Below, piece after piece: positions 43,091-56,100 of a DNA stretch of 64,000 bases. The DNA lies in assembly GCA_039545335.1 (NCBI GenBank), contig BCIN01000001.1, forward strand, positions 3,227,136-3,291,135. Reading direction: 5' to 3'. How positions within the stretch are numbered: the first letter of the stretch is position 1; each line of letters starts with the position of its first letter. The DNA is from Kondoa subrosea (Eukaryota). A program made the translations under genes and the position numbers. Below the pieces are notes generated by a model. That model saw nothing but the letters and a program-made list of their open reading frames with translations, did no database searches and was not told the origin of the DNA.

Positions 43091-43730
43091 TGCAATGGCC
43101 TCATGACAGGATGACACATACCCTAGATCCATCCACTGTTAGCTCATACCCGCCAACAAGCAGGACCGTCGAACTAGGTCCTCTAGAGATACTTCGACAT
43201 CATAAACCTACAGATGTGATTCGAGTTGAGAGGGATTATGCAAGTGGTGAAGGAGTAGTTCAATTCTGGTCTGGCTATCCTGTGGAATTGGAAGGCAGAG
43301 TTAGTGAACGCGACAGGTGCATGCGGTACAACACAACCTGAGAGCGAAGTTATCAGATCTCTCCTTCTGATTGGGCTACTCTCATGAATGATCTCAACAC
43401 CATCTTGGCTTCAGCTTACAATCCTTACAAATCAATTATGGATAATACTATAGCTATCTTGACGTTATATTTGTCAACTTGGTTGCTAACTTCGCATTAT
43501 GACAAGGTGCGCATGACTACTGACTTGCATTGTAGTATGCTGAGCGTGAGTTGTGAGTACAGGAGATGAAGCGCTTCGATGAACGAGTCTTTCAGGCAAA
43601 TGCGATTTTCAACCTCAAAGGTTTGAATATCCTTGATCCACGAAAGAATGCCTTCCTCTTCGTAAGAATAATGCTTGAGTCATTGCGCTGTAGCTCATCC
43701 ACTATTCAGCTGGAGATCGAATACTATTGA
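43091..43730 (+). CDS. Erf4/Golgin-A7 family (Ras palmitoyltransferase subunit)
   Basis: IRVERDY..QFWSGYPVELEGR|ISP..MNDLNTIL..LTLYLS..KGLNILDPRKNAFLF|LEIEYY*. Confidence 0.85.
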
Positions 43731-43923
43731 TCTATTGAACTATCCTTTTGTCCATGCTTTCATCGAAGCATATCAAGAATCAAGCGCGTATAGTGAAGCA
43801 TCGGTATACCCTTTCGTAGAATGACCAGCATTACATTGAAACCTAGTATAAATACAATGCGCTAAATTTTACACCCAATACAATAAATGATACATTCCTC
43901 AATTGATCAAAAAGGATCAAAAG

Positions 43924-46900
43924 TTAATCCATTTCCTCTGATTTCCTCTTCTTCTTTTGCAACCTCTTCCTCTCCTGGATCCTGACCGCGCAATCATACA
44001 GCTTTCTACATGTCTTATTATCAATCTCATCAATATCTAACGTTATTGTTGCGACACCATTCTAGAAACAACGACTCTTATTAAAATCTCCTTCGTGAGG
44101 TTTGCAAGGAGGAACAACTCACAGGTACCAGATCAGGTCGACAAGCTTTGACGACAAGAATGGATTCCTCAATTTCAGTTTCATTCAAGGAAGCCAAGAT
44201 ATTAGCAAGTAGTTGCTTTTCCGCCCAGGTCACAATCGTATCCTCTTCTTCCCCTGCCAAAGGTTCTGAAGAAGCTACAGTGTCAGAGCTAGGAGGTGTA
44301 GAGGAAGTTGAAGTTGTCGAAGAAGCAGAAGAGGAAGAATTGTCAGCAGAAGGAGAAGGAATAGATTGTTGCGATACAAAAGCGGAAAGTTTCTCCAAGA
44401 TAGCAGAATCCAGCGTTCCGGCATAGATTTCACCAATAGGTAGATTCTACCCATTCCAGTATAGGATCAGCACTTGAAACAACCAGAACTAAGAAGCGAA
44501 ACTTACTTCAGATAAGAAAGGTCTACTTTCTCGAACAATAGCCAGAGCTTGTCGTTTCTGAGTGTTATCGAGTCGAGCGAGATCTCGAGCTAATTCAGCT
44601 CTCTGCAACCAGGTGATAGAGGAGGCAGCTGGAGTCACTGAGATCAAAGGAAGTTGAGGAGAGGTCGAATTAGTCGTCGTCAGCTGAGTTGTCGGCGAAG
44701 TACCTGATGTGGCAGCAGCTGTAGTTTCAGACGATACAGGAGTGGTGGAAACAGATTGTTTTGAGGTACTTTGAGCGGGATCGGACGAAGGAATGGAAAC
44801 TTGCATTAAAGAAGATGAGATATATCTCAAGGAAGAGGCTACAAGAGTAGCTTACCTGGTGAATCCGGCTCCTTCTCTCCATTGACTATTCTTTGCAATT
44901 TTGGGTATCCTTCTAGCAGTTTAAGCGCGATTGTAGTACCTCCTGCACCAGAATCAGCTACGAAGAGATGTAAAACTTATGCGACGTACCTAGTAGCTTG
45001 ATGAGACTATCAACTTTATGCCTCGTCTTGTTTGAACCATCCAGAACGCATTTCATGCTCTCACATTGTGCGCACGCTTGGTCCGGACACATATTGATAG
45101 CTGTTCTCCATTTCATTGTAGGTTGTGCATTCAAAATTTTATCTCCAACAAACTTCTTGCGAATGACTAGCATGTAAGACAGCTCGGTTTCTCTGGTTTT
45201 GAGCGAAAGTTTGCCCGCATGAAACAACGGCTGTAGACTTGACTTGACACGAGCACGAGTAGTATCATCCCTTCTGATTGTGAGATAATGGCGAACGGGA
45301 TCTTGCAAGAACGAGTTAATGTCGAAACTCTGTTCCCGGATATTCTTTTCGAGAGGAGGCAGCGAAAGATCTAATGGAGCTTGATTCTTTTGTCCAGAGT
45401 ATAGCTCGACCGTCTGCTTGAGTGTCTTTCGGGCCAATGTTGCGAAGGCAGGATGAGAGAAGGTAAATCCGTTTCGATCTACAATGGGTTGCAGAGCGCT
45501 CAGGAGACTCAAGCCAAGAGAAACAGCATTGGATGGTCTGTACCGGCCAAGTAGCTCAGAGACCAGTTCAGCCTGATGATACCGCAAAGCAAAATCGACC
45601 AAATCCACAACTTTCTATAGGTCCAATGAGCGATAATACGAAATGTCTGGTATCAACACTTGCCTGTAAGAGGAAGGGATTTATGACTGTATCACTTGCT
45701 GGAGGCCAAACGAAACCGGTTGTCAGACGCTGTAGTTCGTAATCGAAGAAGGCAATGACTTCGGGCAACAGCGTGGAACGTTGAGTCCGATCCGGATTAC
45801 ATCGTAAAGCCTGAAGAAGGCGAAGTCGATCAGTGGAGTCGTTAACTGGAGATGCGTTGATGATTTTCATCTCTACGATAGGCCACCCAATGACTTCCAC
45901 TACAGAAAGAAGATCGCTGATATCGTATTCCTTAACATGTTTGGGCCAGAGATGACAAATTTGTTCTGCGCAAAAGTCTACGATGCGGGCGGGCATTTGT
46001 TCAGCTTGGACCAGACTTCTAGTCAGTTGCACAACCAGTGCTCGGAGAGAATGCCACGTCTGATCTTCTGGACGGATGAGACTGTTGATTTTGCTGTATA
46101 TCTGCGCCAAACTGGATATTCGATGAAGCTAATTAGTCTCGTCAATCAGTCTCGTCGAATCAGGCCTAACATACAAAGGAAAGGCAGAATCTGACTGCAC
46201 TCCCTGCACAGCATCTACGATCAGCGGAATAGATGCCATCGTGAGAGGCTTTCCGGCGATGAGAGTAAGCGATATGTCGGTGAGATACTTCTGGGCGCAA
46301 GGATCATCTTGGTATAACAACCTGACTTCTCTTGATATTGCAGCAAAAGAACCAGATGAGTGCTCGTACGCGACGCTTGGATTCGCATGTCGTGAATATG
46401 AAGGCGTTATTGCATGAGCCAAGACTGAATCGAGACTGTGCAAGCTCAAGCATTAGCGAAGTCTTCCTAGGCTCTGTAGAAACTAACATCTTGCGACTAT
46501 CCGCAAAGTCTAGACCTCTAATGAAGCCAATAGCTATTTCAAGATCTTCCTGCCTGATGTGCACGCTCGACAGGAGCTGCACAGCGGTTTCAAAATTAAC
46601 ACGAGACAGCAGCACAGAAGCGCCTACATTGAGCATCTGCTGATTTGACCAATCCTGCAGCTCATTACTATCTTCGAAAGCATTGCATAATTCCAAGAGA
46701 AAAGTGTAGGCTTCCTTGATCACATGTCTGTTCGTGTTGTCGGCAGAGTGACTTTGTTGAGACGGTCTGATCTGTTGCATTTTTTCCAGGTTGGTGGAAA
46801 GGCTGAAGAAAAATTCATGAGAGCGGTGCTTAGGTAGCGTAACACACTTACTGAGATTTCATTGAAGCAAATCCGAATTGATGCACTGCAGAAATCCACG

Positions 46901-48619
46901 CATAATTTGATACAGCTCGATGACACTGCAATACCTCCAGTACCGCGGAAAAGAGTTCAGGATACTTTGATACAATAGCTGCTTCGATGAAAGTACTGGA
47001 GCAATGTATCCGAGCTAAGAGTGAAGGTGTGGTCCTGATGGTCGATAGTAGCTGAGACTCTGATCCAGTAGCGTTCGCGGTGGGTAAGGACGTACGCCTT
47101 TGAACCTCCTCCGCGACCAAGGCATTGACTGTTTGATCGCTGCCGTATTGCAGAGACATTGAAACGTCTTCTGACATTGGCCATAATATCACGACTGCAC
47201 GAGTATAGTAGTGACGCACTCCATTGCGGTCTCCTTCCCTTCGTTCAAATGCAGGTGCTTTCTTCATGGAGAATGACGGAAGGAAAGCAGACGTTTTCAA
47301 CTTCAATCCAGAAAATTCGAAACGTCTGCCATCAGCCCTTGTCATGTCGGCCAATTGATACGCTATTGCAGTACCCCGAGCCATTTCGTAAACACGATGT
47401 GGAGCTAATCTTCGACAATTGATGCAGCTTCCGTTGACGCAACGCCAATTACTGCAAGCGTAGACTTGATCTTTTGCTGGTCCACTTATAGTAATATTGA
47501 CTTTGCCAAGAGCTACGCATAAGCCCAGATCTTTGGCAAGAACTTGCAAGACGTCGACTTTGGGCTTGAAATCATGTTCAAGTATGTTGAAATCAGGCGC
47601 AGCGTAACATTGATCTTCCGACAGTATATGAGCGAGGATTTGAGGCGCGCTTGGGTTTGCTTCTCTTCGACTTAGCCATATTTTCAGCTTCGAAGCGAGA
47701 GTGTTTGCAAATTGAGAAATCGATGGCGCTCGAGGTATCGAAGAAACTTTGCCTGTCCAAGTTAGCATGTATTCGAGAATTAAGCCAGCTCCAGAAGTGA
47801 TTAGTTCCTGTGATTGTTTGACACCATGAACTATAAGGCTTTTCAGCTCGAGACATTCATCTCAATGATAAAGCTTACAAGCAGAGCTGTAAGAGTACCG
47901 GAAAGCCGAGCTACTTTGTGGTGTGATTGTCATAGATCTTTGCTCATGCTCTGAATAAGCGATAATTAGACATCAGGGATCCGATGCTTCGAAGGCTTTC
48001 GCTCACCCATGAGCAAATTACCACCTGAAAACTTTGTAGGCAGGAAGACATTGACGATCGCTACAGTAGTACTGCTCTTGGTTGTTGCTGCGATAGGTAA
48101 TTGACTCTTGACAAGAAGGAGTTTTCGAAACAGAAGAAGACAGGAAGAGGAATCGATTTCAAGACCTTGAGCCACCTGCGTCTTGAATTCACTGTTCATG
48201 TACGTGCGAAATTCAGCGTTTTCGAAGACCACTTTGCCAGAATCGAAAGCAAAGACGTCGGCCGCTGTTTGACTGGTGATGTACTCGATACATCTTTGAC
48301 TCAGAGGAAGACCGAAGGAGCCTAAGTCCTCTATCGCCAGACCAGGATTCGGCGGATTCAGAGAACCGAAAGAAAGGAAGGGTTTTGTATTAATTGACGC
48401 AAACGATTGCAAGAGATGGGCGACAGAGATTGACCAAGCAGTCTTTCCAAACTTATCAGCCTGCCAGATAGAATCATCCGCTTCTTCCTCCGCTTCTGAC
48501 ACTTGATCCAGATATTCACTTTGCTTGACCAATTCATCTGAAGGCAGCATGGACTGGGGAAGAGTCTTGCCTCCTATTGTTGGCCTCTCTGCTTTGTCCT
48601 CGTCCATAGCTGAAGCCAT
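43924..48619 (-). CDS. Degenerate 2OG-Fe(II) oxygenase-like protein (copy 1) with two C-terminal BET extra-terminal (ET) domains
   Basis: Family motifs PNPGLAIEDLGSFGLPLS, FLPTKFSGG and YTRAVVILWP. In-frame splicing leads to ITWLQRAELARDLARL..|..LDSAILEKLSAFV and VTWAEKQLLANILASL..|..ITLDIDEIDNKTCRKLYD. Confidence 0.7.
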
Positions 48620-48967
48620 TGCAGTTAAAATGAACGCGGTTCGAGCGGGAGAAAACCCAGGATCCAGAAAAAACAAACAAGTCATAAATCTCTAGCGTCT
48701 CAGAATTCAAGGCAATCCAATGTCAGTCTCATCAGACAAGTGGTATCTGCGAAGAAACGCGTCTAAATGTGTCCAATACTCGCGCATTAGGAATGATTAC
48801 ATAATTTGGTTACAATGTGATGATGCGCTATCTACAGCCCTAATACAGTACGTACACTTGTGTCTCTCCGCAGTTCGTAAAAAAAGTAAGGAATTCGGAT
48901 GCATCGCTTGCAAAGGCGCGTCGATCCTTTAGGAAGTTCGAATAATAGGCCAAGTTGTTGGACAAGT

Positions 48968-51900
48968 TCATTGGCGCGTAGCTGTCAATTACATGTGCTC
49001 AGAGAACGAATCACACACGGTTCAAACACAACTCACAATCTGCTAGCGAAGCATTGGGTACACCGGTAAGCATAGCGATCAAAGCAGGTTCGCCTGCAAG
49101 CAGGTCCAATGCTACTTTAGCGCCACCTGTTCGAGAGATAAGGATCAACCAGAAGTGACACACAACAAGCTAACCAATAATTTTGACTAATTCGTTGACT
49201 TTGGCTCTCCCATCTGCTCTTGAGATGGTCAATTTTAGAGCTTGACATTGACGACAGCTCGATGTAGCGCAAGTAGCAACAGCTGCCTTATAAATCGATA
49301 CCTGATGAGGATCGAGGTTATCGTCGGTGCGCAATGCTTTGTGAGCGTTGTGTATTTTCTTCCGAATAATTAGTGTATGAGGTGACCGTCCCTTGACTGT
49401 TTCCGTGGTGATGAAACCCATACGGACCAGGTGGCTAACAGCCTTCTCGAACCTTGTTCGTGCCGCTTGAACTGCGGAAATACGGACACAATGTTCTACC
49501 GAACTTCGAAGAAAGTCATTGAGGTTTATTCTTCCCTCGATAATATTGGTTGGTACACCGGCAAGAGCCATATTCAGCGGAGATGAGGTAGCCGGTCCCA
49601 AGAATGTTCTCGCACTCAAAGAGAGCGCTTTGCGTGCGAAAGTTGCTACGGGTGCCCGAGTGAAAGGACATGTGTGGGCTTCCACGACTGGCCGAAGAGC
49701 AAGTAGAAGTGGTTGACAGATACTTGATAGATCGCCTTGATTACTGGGAGCAAATCGACCGAGTAGATTTGCTGCCAGCACAGATTTGTGGTTTCGCAGG
49801 CAAAGATCAACGAGCTTCACCAATCTCTGTTGCATATTGTAGGAAATGCAGAGAAATACATAGCTTGTGACTCACCGTAACATTCACAGATGTTGCATCT
49901 GTATTCAGAGCATGTCTCCAATTTACACCAGACGGTGCCGACTTCCATCCAGGATCTGACACTGGCGGCCAGACATAAGAGGTCGTAAGGCGCTGTAATT
50001 CCGAATGGATGAAAGACAGCATGTTTTGATCTACGCTTTCACCAGCCACAGAAATTGCTTTATTTTGAAGTTCTTCAAGCAGAGGCAGGCGATGATCAAG
50101 TCCCAATTGGAATACTCGATTGATGACTTTCGCTTCCACAGAAGACCATCCAAGGAGATCAATCAACGCTAATAAATCATCGAATTCCGTGCCAGTTTGA
50201 ATTGAGTTCCATAGGGAAGCAACTTGAGTGGATAGAAAATTTGCCATATCTGGATCAGAATGGAAGACTTGCATGAGTTCTGCTGTGAGCTTGACACCCA
50301 AAGTCCGATGTGTTACTGCTATCGAAGGATTCGCACGTGCTTTCTGCCCAATTTGGCGATATACTTCTTTGAGACTGAGGAGCAGCATTCAGTCATCGTA
50401 AGGAAGTATAATATGTTCACTTACAAGCCGATACAATTTTCGAGCGGCGAACCAGCAACACTCTGAACAATGTCGGGAATAGAAGAAGCTTCAAGTTCTT
50501 TTTTCGCTAGCAGTTGTTGAGTCATTGACCGGAGATAGCTTTGCGCGTCCATATCATGATTGTAGAAGGCTTGCGCTTGTTTCGCCAGCTGGAAAGCGGT
50601 AGAAATCTGTTCCTGCTCTGGCGATTGTGTGGGACGCGGACCATACTGATGGTGCGGCTGAGCCACGGTCGGCGGTGTCAAAGCTCGAACGAAGACCGAG
50701 TCCAAGCTTTGTCAGGGTCAGTCAGCTGAGCATACTTTTAAGTTGAAGCAGGAACGCACATTTTTCTGCTGACATCGAAATCTAAGCCTTTGATGATGTC
50801 TATAGCTAAAGCCAGATCTTCTGTTTGCAACTCTGCTGCAGCCAGCACCTATAGTTCACGTTAATCCTTTCTCGCTCTCATATGGGGAGCATTGACCTCA
50901 ATCATAGCCGAACTACACCAATCTTGGATGTCTTCGCTGGCTTCCTCAAAAGAATTGCATAATGTTGTAAGGAAGGCATAAAGGCTTTTAACAGTATCTT
51001 TCTTCTTTAGCTGATGTCTCGTGGTCATATGAAAGTACGTTGGTCCAGCCGACGGAAGAAGCATAAGTTGCACGGCTTGATGTAAACTAAATACAGAGCA
51101 ATCAGCATCGATGTTTGAAAGAAGAAGAGAGTGATTTACTGATTCTTGACAACATTGAAGGTGAAAGTGTCGATCGCTTGTGTCCACAGCGCTTGCTTTA
51201 TGTTCGGATGGCACTTCGATCGCGACAGAACCTGATCAAATAAAGCGAATCTTCTCCCAGCTAAAGAAGCCTCCAACAAGGTTTCGCAACATCCAGTACG
51301 AAAGGAAATGTCAAAATGGTGGATATTGTCCAGCAGATCGGAAGCTATTTCGCCTTCAGTCGAGTCTCGGATGCTGAGAATCCGTGCAGTCTCTTGCTTG
51401 ACCATCTGATTGATTGCCTCGTCGGAAGAGCTACTGAGCATGATCTCGAGGTCCTCTTCAGCTGGCCAAAGTAATACGATAGAGCGGTAGAAGAAATGCT
51501 CAACCTCTTCTGAATTTGAAGATTCGTCGTCATATTCCGGTGGATCTACAGGGAAGCGAGGATAAAGGTTATCACCATCGAAATTGAGAGTTTTGAGATC
51601 AAGAAGCCTTCCATCCATTTTAGAAATGCCTTCTAGAGTATACGTTCTCTCCTGCTCTTCTGCCATTTCATAGACTCGCTCTTCCCTTGCCTGCTCGCAT
51701 TGATAACAATCGCCGTAGCACTTCCATCTTCCGCAACCCTCGTCGTCGTCGCCATACCCATATCTATCTTCCGCTGGACCGCTGATAGTCACTTTGAGTC
51801 TGCCAACCGATATTTGAAAACCCAGGTCTGAGGCCAAGGAACTGAGATAGTCGACTTTTATCTTGGCCAAACCTTGCAGATCGTGAAAGGTAGGTGACTG

Positions 51901-52911
51901 CACGCAATATTGTTCCGATAACATATGACCAATGAATTGAGGTGCATCACCAACTTCATTTCGTCGCACGATCCATTGCTTCAACTTATCGGATAATTCA
52001 AGCATTCCTGATGACGCTACTGGCGCTCGGGGAATGCTTGTATCAAGCCCAGTCCATTCGAGAGCGTATTGCAGACTCAAACGAGCACCGGAAGTGATTG
52101 GCTCTTGGTGACGTCGAAGTCCAGAGTCTAGTATGAAGAATATGGGTTTTAATAAGATTTGCGAGCATGATGAGCAGAATATGATGACGTACAGGAGCAC
52201 TCGTAAGCTGATCCAAAGGCAGAATTCTGCTGACAATCGAAAGTGATGGTTTTGCCTTGATGTTCTGCTCACCGAGAGAAACATCATGCACAGGTCGACT
52301 TTGCGCCTAGAGGACTCACCAACTGATACAGATCCTCCTGAGAACTCAGTCGGGAGGAAGATATTGACCGTAGCGAAGAGCTTGGGCTGCAGTTCACCTT
52401 GGGGTGTTGTTGCAGTACCGCGTTGCAGCAATAGTCTTTGCAAAACTAGACGACACAAAGATTGATTACATCCAAGACCATTCGCCAGTTGTGGTAGCAG
52501 ACGCGTTATTACCCATTGACTAAAGGCTTGATTCCGAAGCTTGATCTTGTTTGCGCTAAACACGCAGGAATTGCTTGCGCTACTTTGTGTAATACGATCT
52601 ACGTCTCTTGCACTCAATGGCAGTCCAAACGCGCCTAGATCTTCGCCCTCAAGCTCCAAGCCAGGATTCGGCATGTCCTCTAAATTGCCATTACACGAGA
52701 ATTTGCCTTGTACAGCAGATTCGAAAGCTGTGTCCAGTAGCTCCGATACTTCTTCTCCCCAAGGTGTATTGCCTTCATCGTCCTCGGTCCAAGGTGCGTC
52801 TTCATCGTCCGGCGCCTCTTCCCCTTGATGCCGCGGAGGAGGCATAGCCGCACGAGCTGCCATCATTGCCAATTGCTCTCGCGGAGTCAGCTTGTGCAGC
52901 GCAGCGGCCAT
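48968..52911 (-). CDS. Degenerate 2OG-Fe(II) oxygenase-like protein (copy 2)
   Basis: PNPGLELEGEDLGAFGLPLSARD, FATVNIFLPTEFSGG, EPITSGARLSLQYAL, FYRSIVLLWP and TETVKGRSPHTLIIRK. Collinear with copy 1, including intron positions near the 3' end. Confidence 0.78.
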
Positions 52912-53135
52912 AGGTTCCCTCAATTATCGAGAGCAAGAAGAAAAACAATGTGTAATTTCGGACTTGTCTTGAATCAGCCGTGTCGACTAACAGGGGTCTA
53001 CACTGAGTGTATACCTAATTGTGTCTGTGAATTGGTACCGACGCGACAGAGCATTTGTGAAGCTCGAAGCAAGATTTATGTGGTTCGAATGAAAGAATAG
53101 AAAGGCCTGTGACTCAAAGTCTATACCCTGCTATC

Positions 53136-56100
53136 ATGTCTGTGACCTGCATCTCGAAGATACTGCAAGCAAGCAAAAGAGAAGGCAATGGCTGGTCCAA
53201 TGCAACAGAAAATGAAAGACCGCATCATTTCGGACCAAGTGTCGCTTGTGAGTACTCTTACTGGATGATCAGTGCCGTCGTAATGATCCTAATCTCAGCT
53301 GTAATGGGTCAAATAAAGTCTTCAAGGGATGTCTCGCAGTTCTGTCAAGTTATCCTCGATACACCTAGTAAGTTGTCAAATTTCCAACTGTTGAGAAGCC
53401 TCATCTTGCAGTGCCAGGATACCAGAGACCTTCAGATACTCTTTTGTGCTACGAATCAGCTATACCTACCTTCATTCAGATGGCATCACATTGGCCAAAA
53501 GACAAGTACTCTCCTGCACCGCGACCAGTCTTCGATCTCGTGCCTACATCAGAACCAGGCTTTAGGGCTTCTGTAGTCCTTCCTAGACTATCATGGATAA
53601 AAGATATGGAAGTGAGACGTCTAACCGGACCAATTCTACCCACAAAGAAGCTCGCTCGTCAAGGTATGTACTAGCCTCGCTTTGCACAGTGCGACGCTCA
53701 AGAGATTGACAGCTATAGCATTCTACGCCTGTAGAATAATGCATGCCTGGGCAGCGCCTCAGCATGTGTTTTCCGACAATTATGATCCTGATTCTCCGTC
53801 CAATGTTGATCTTACGGCGGACAGCGAAGCAGCAGATCTGTCGCCAGTCGCAGAAGAACATGCAAGTATCTTTCCTAACCCGTTTGGCTTCCTGCAAGAT
53901 CCGACTGAACGTCTATATCTACACAATCTCCGCTTTCTTTTCTTGGATGGCTCATCAGAACATCTCGGTATCATCACTGCGAACAGGATTCAATCTGCTA
54001 TGCCATTTTCCCTGAATAGTCCTGTTCTTGCAAGTATGGAACTTGTTACATCTGTAGAATTGCAATGGCAAGGAGAAGAACGACTTGAACGGTTACAAAT
54101 CTGCGAGAGCTTCACTAGAACAGTAGTACAAGTCATCCTCAATCGTAGACCCACAGAGACGCCATTCTTTCACTTACTTGTTCCTCTTTTGCCAGCAGAA
54201 CCGCTTGAAATTGACTGGGAAATCGCAGTGACACCTTTCAGCCCGCTGATTGACTCTTCTACCATCACAGAAGGTAATCTTATCGTCGTCCCTTTCTCCC
54301 GCATGCTTGTTTCTCGCTTGTTTACTTGGAAGGAATGCCGCTCTGAACTTTCAATGTCGAGTCCTTTGTTAGAACATCACCCAGTCAAGCACAAGAAGAG
54401 ATTTTGGGATTATCAAGGACTTTTCATGGTTGTCTATCAGTTCACAGACCTCCCTTCCGATGATCAGCTTATTCAGCTTTCACCTATTCTTGATCTCACA
54501 GCTTCTTTCGCCGAAGCCAAGATAGCAAGCACTAAAGAGACCAGGGATGAGATTGTGCCTTTCTCAAAATGTAGAAGCAGCAAGCTTTCGTGGAAATTCC
54601 TGCAGGCAGTACATTCTATGCCAACTTGGATCAACAATCTTTACACCGCAGCAAGATCGCAACGAGCTGTAGAATTGCTGAATTTACAGCGCCTGGACCC
54701 TGTTTTCGCTCAAATGGCTTTGACTTTACCTTCCTGCGGGACAGGAAGGGATTACGAAAGTCTGGAAACTCTAGTGAGAAATCAAATCCCTATTCAGAGA
54801 ATTCTGTATTTCTGACGACGTATTGATGTTATAAAGGGCGATTGCTATCTGAAACTTGCAGTATCAGTTTATGAATATCAAAGATACCCTCAAGCAGCTG
54901 AAGGCGTTCTAGCAATGATGCGAACTCGAAGCACCGATAACCAATTCTTGCGCAAGAAAGCCATAGAGCTAGATCTAGCTAGTCATATCATGACTGAACG
55001 ATTCCAGAACAAGACTTGGATCCCTTCTTCTATCGAGTGAGCTTATTTTGACCGCTTTCAATCTTCAGCTGCCAACTAAAGCTTGCTATGGCAGAGAAAC
55101 GCAATTGCTCGAGCAAGGTCGAAGATTGGAACGCGTGGTACCACGAAGAGCACTATCAGATTGTATTGAAGCTCTGATTGGTGCGGGCTGGTTGAGCGGC
55201 ACAAACGATATCGCACTTGAAGTTGGTCATTCTCTCAAGATGTGTTTTGGTGGATCTACACCGTGGCACAAAAGACCGATCGCACTTGCAAGCAATGCTT
55301 TATTAGCCTGTGACTCAGCTCTGGAAGTAAAACCCTTAGAAGTAACCCTCGGCTACAGCTTTCGTAATGCAAAATTGCTGCAAGAGGCTCTTTCACATCA
55401 AACTTGGGCTATCTTGCGTCCTGATGAGCCTACGTATGAAAGAATGGAGTGAGTGAGCAGTGCAGACAATACATTTGACTAATCTAGCTATGTAGGTTTC
55501 TCGGGGATGCCATTCTCGATGTAAGAGATATACTCTGTGTGATAACCGCTTTGGTGTACTAAATGTCACTTAGATGTTTGCTTCTGAATACTTGATGGAT
55601 TACTTTGGACCATTCTACATCACTCCAAGTCAACTAAGTCGACTCAAAGCGATCTGCGTATGCAATGGTACGGCAGCTTACTTATCGGTCAATCGTCTCC
55701 AACTACACAAATACATCAAACATGCAAAGCCTGAATTGGATATTATCTTTGCCAAAGCAGAAGAACAAGCCCGTCTACTACAAATTGACGATTTCCATGA
55801 GCACTGCTGGAAGTGGGAACCGCCGAAAGAGCTATGTGATGTCTTCGAAGCAGTCATTGCCGCCGTTTTCGTAGATTCGGGATACCGCCTGAACGTTGTC
55901 TTTGATGTTTTGCGAAACATCTACGGCGATATTATGACAACGTTGCGAATTGATGTGTAAGTTGATTGGCTTTATATCAAGAGCAATAGCTTATGCCATC
56001 CGCAGTGCTGCTGATCCGTGAGCTTACTAATACCGTTCAACGCTTAGCTGAATGAAACATTTTCATAGCGCGTCTCGATTGCGTGAATTTGTTTCCCGCA

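Noticed and set aside
54780..55100. Apparent stops/frameshifts in Dicer suggesting a pseudogene
   Set aside because: All are resolved by canonical short introns (e.g. GTGAGC..GGCAG at ~55037-55094) that restore the frame and catalytic motifs.
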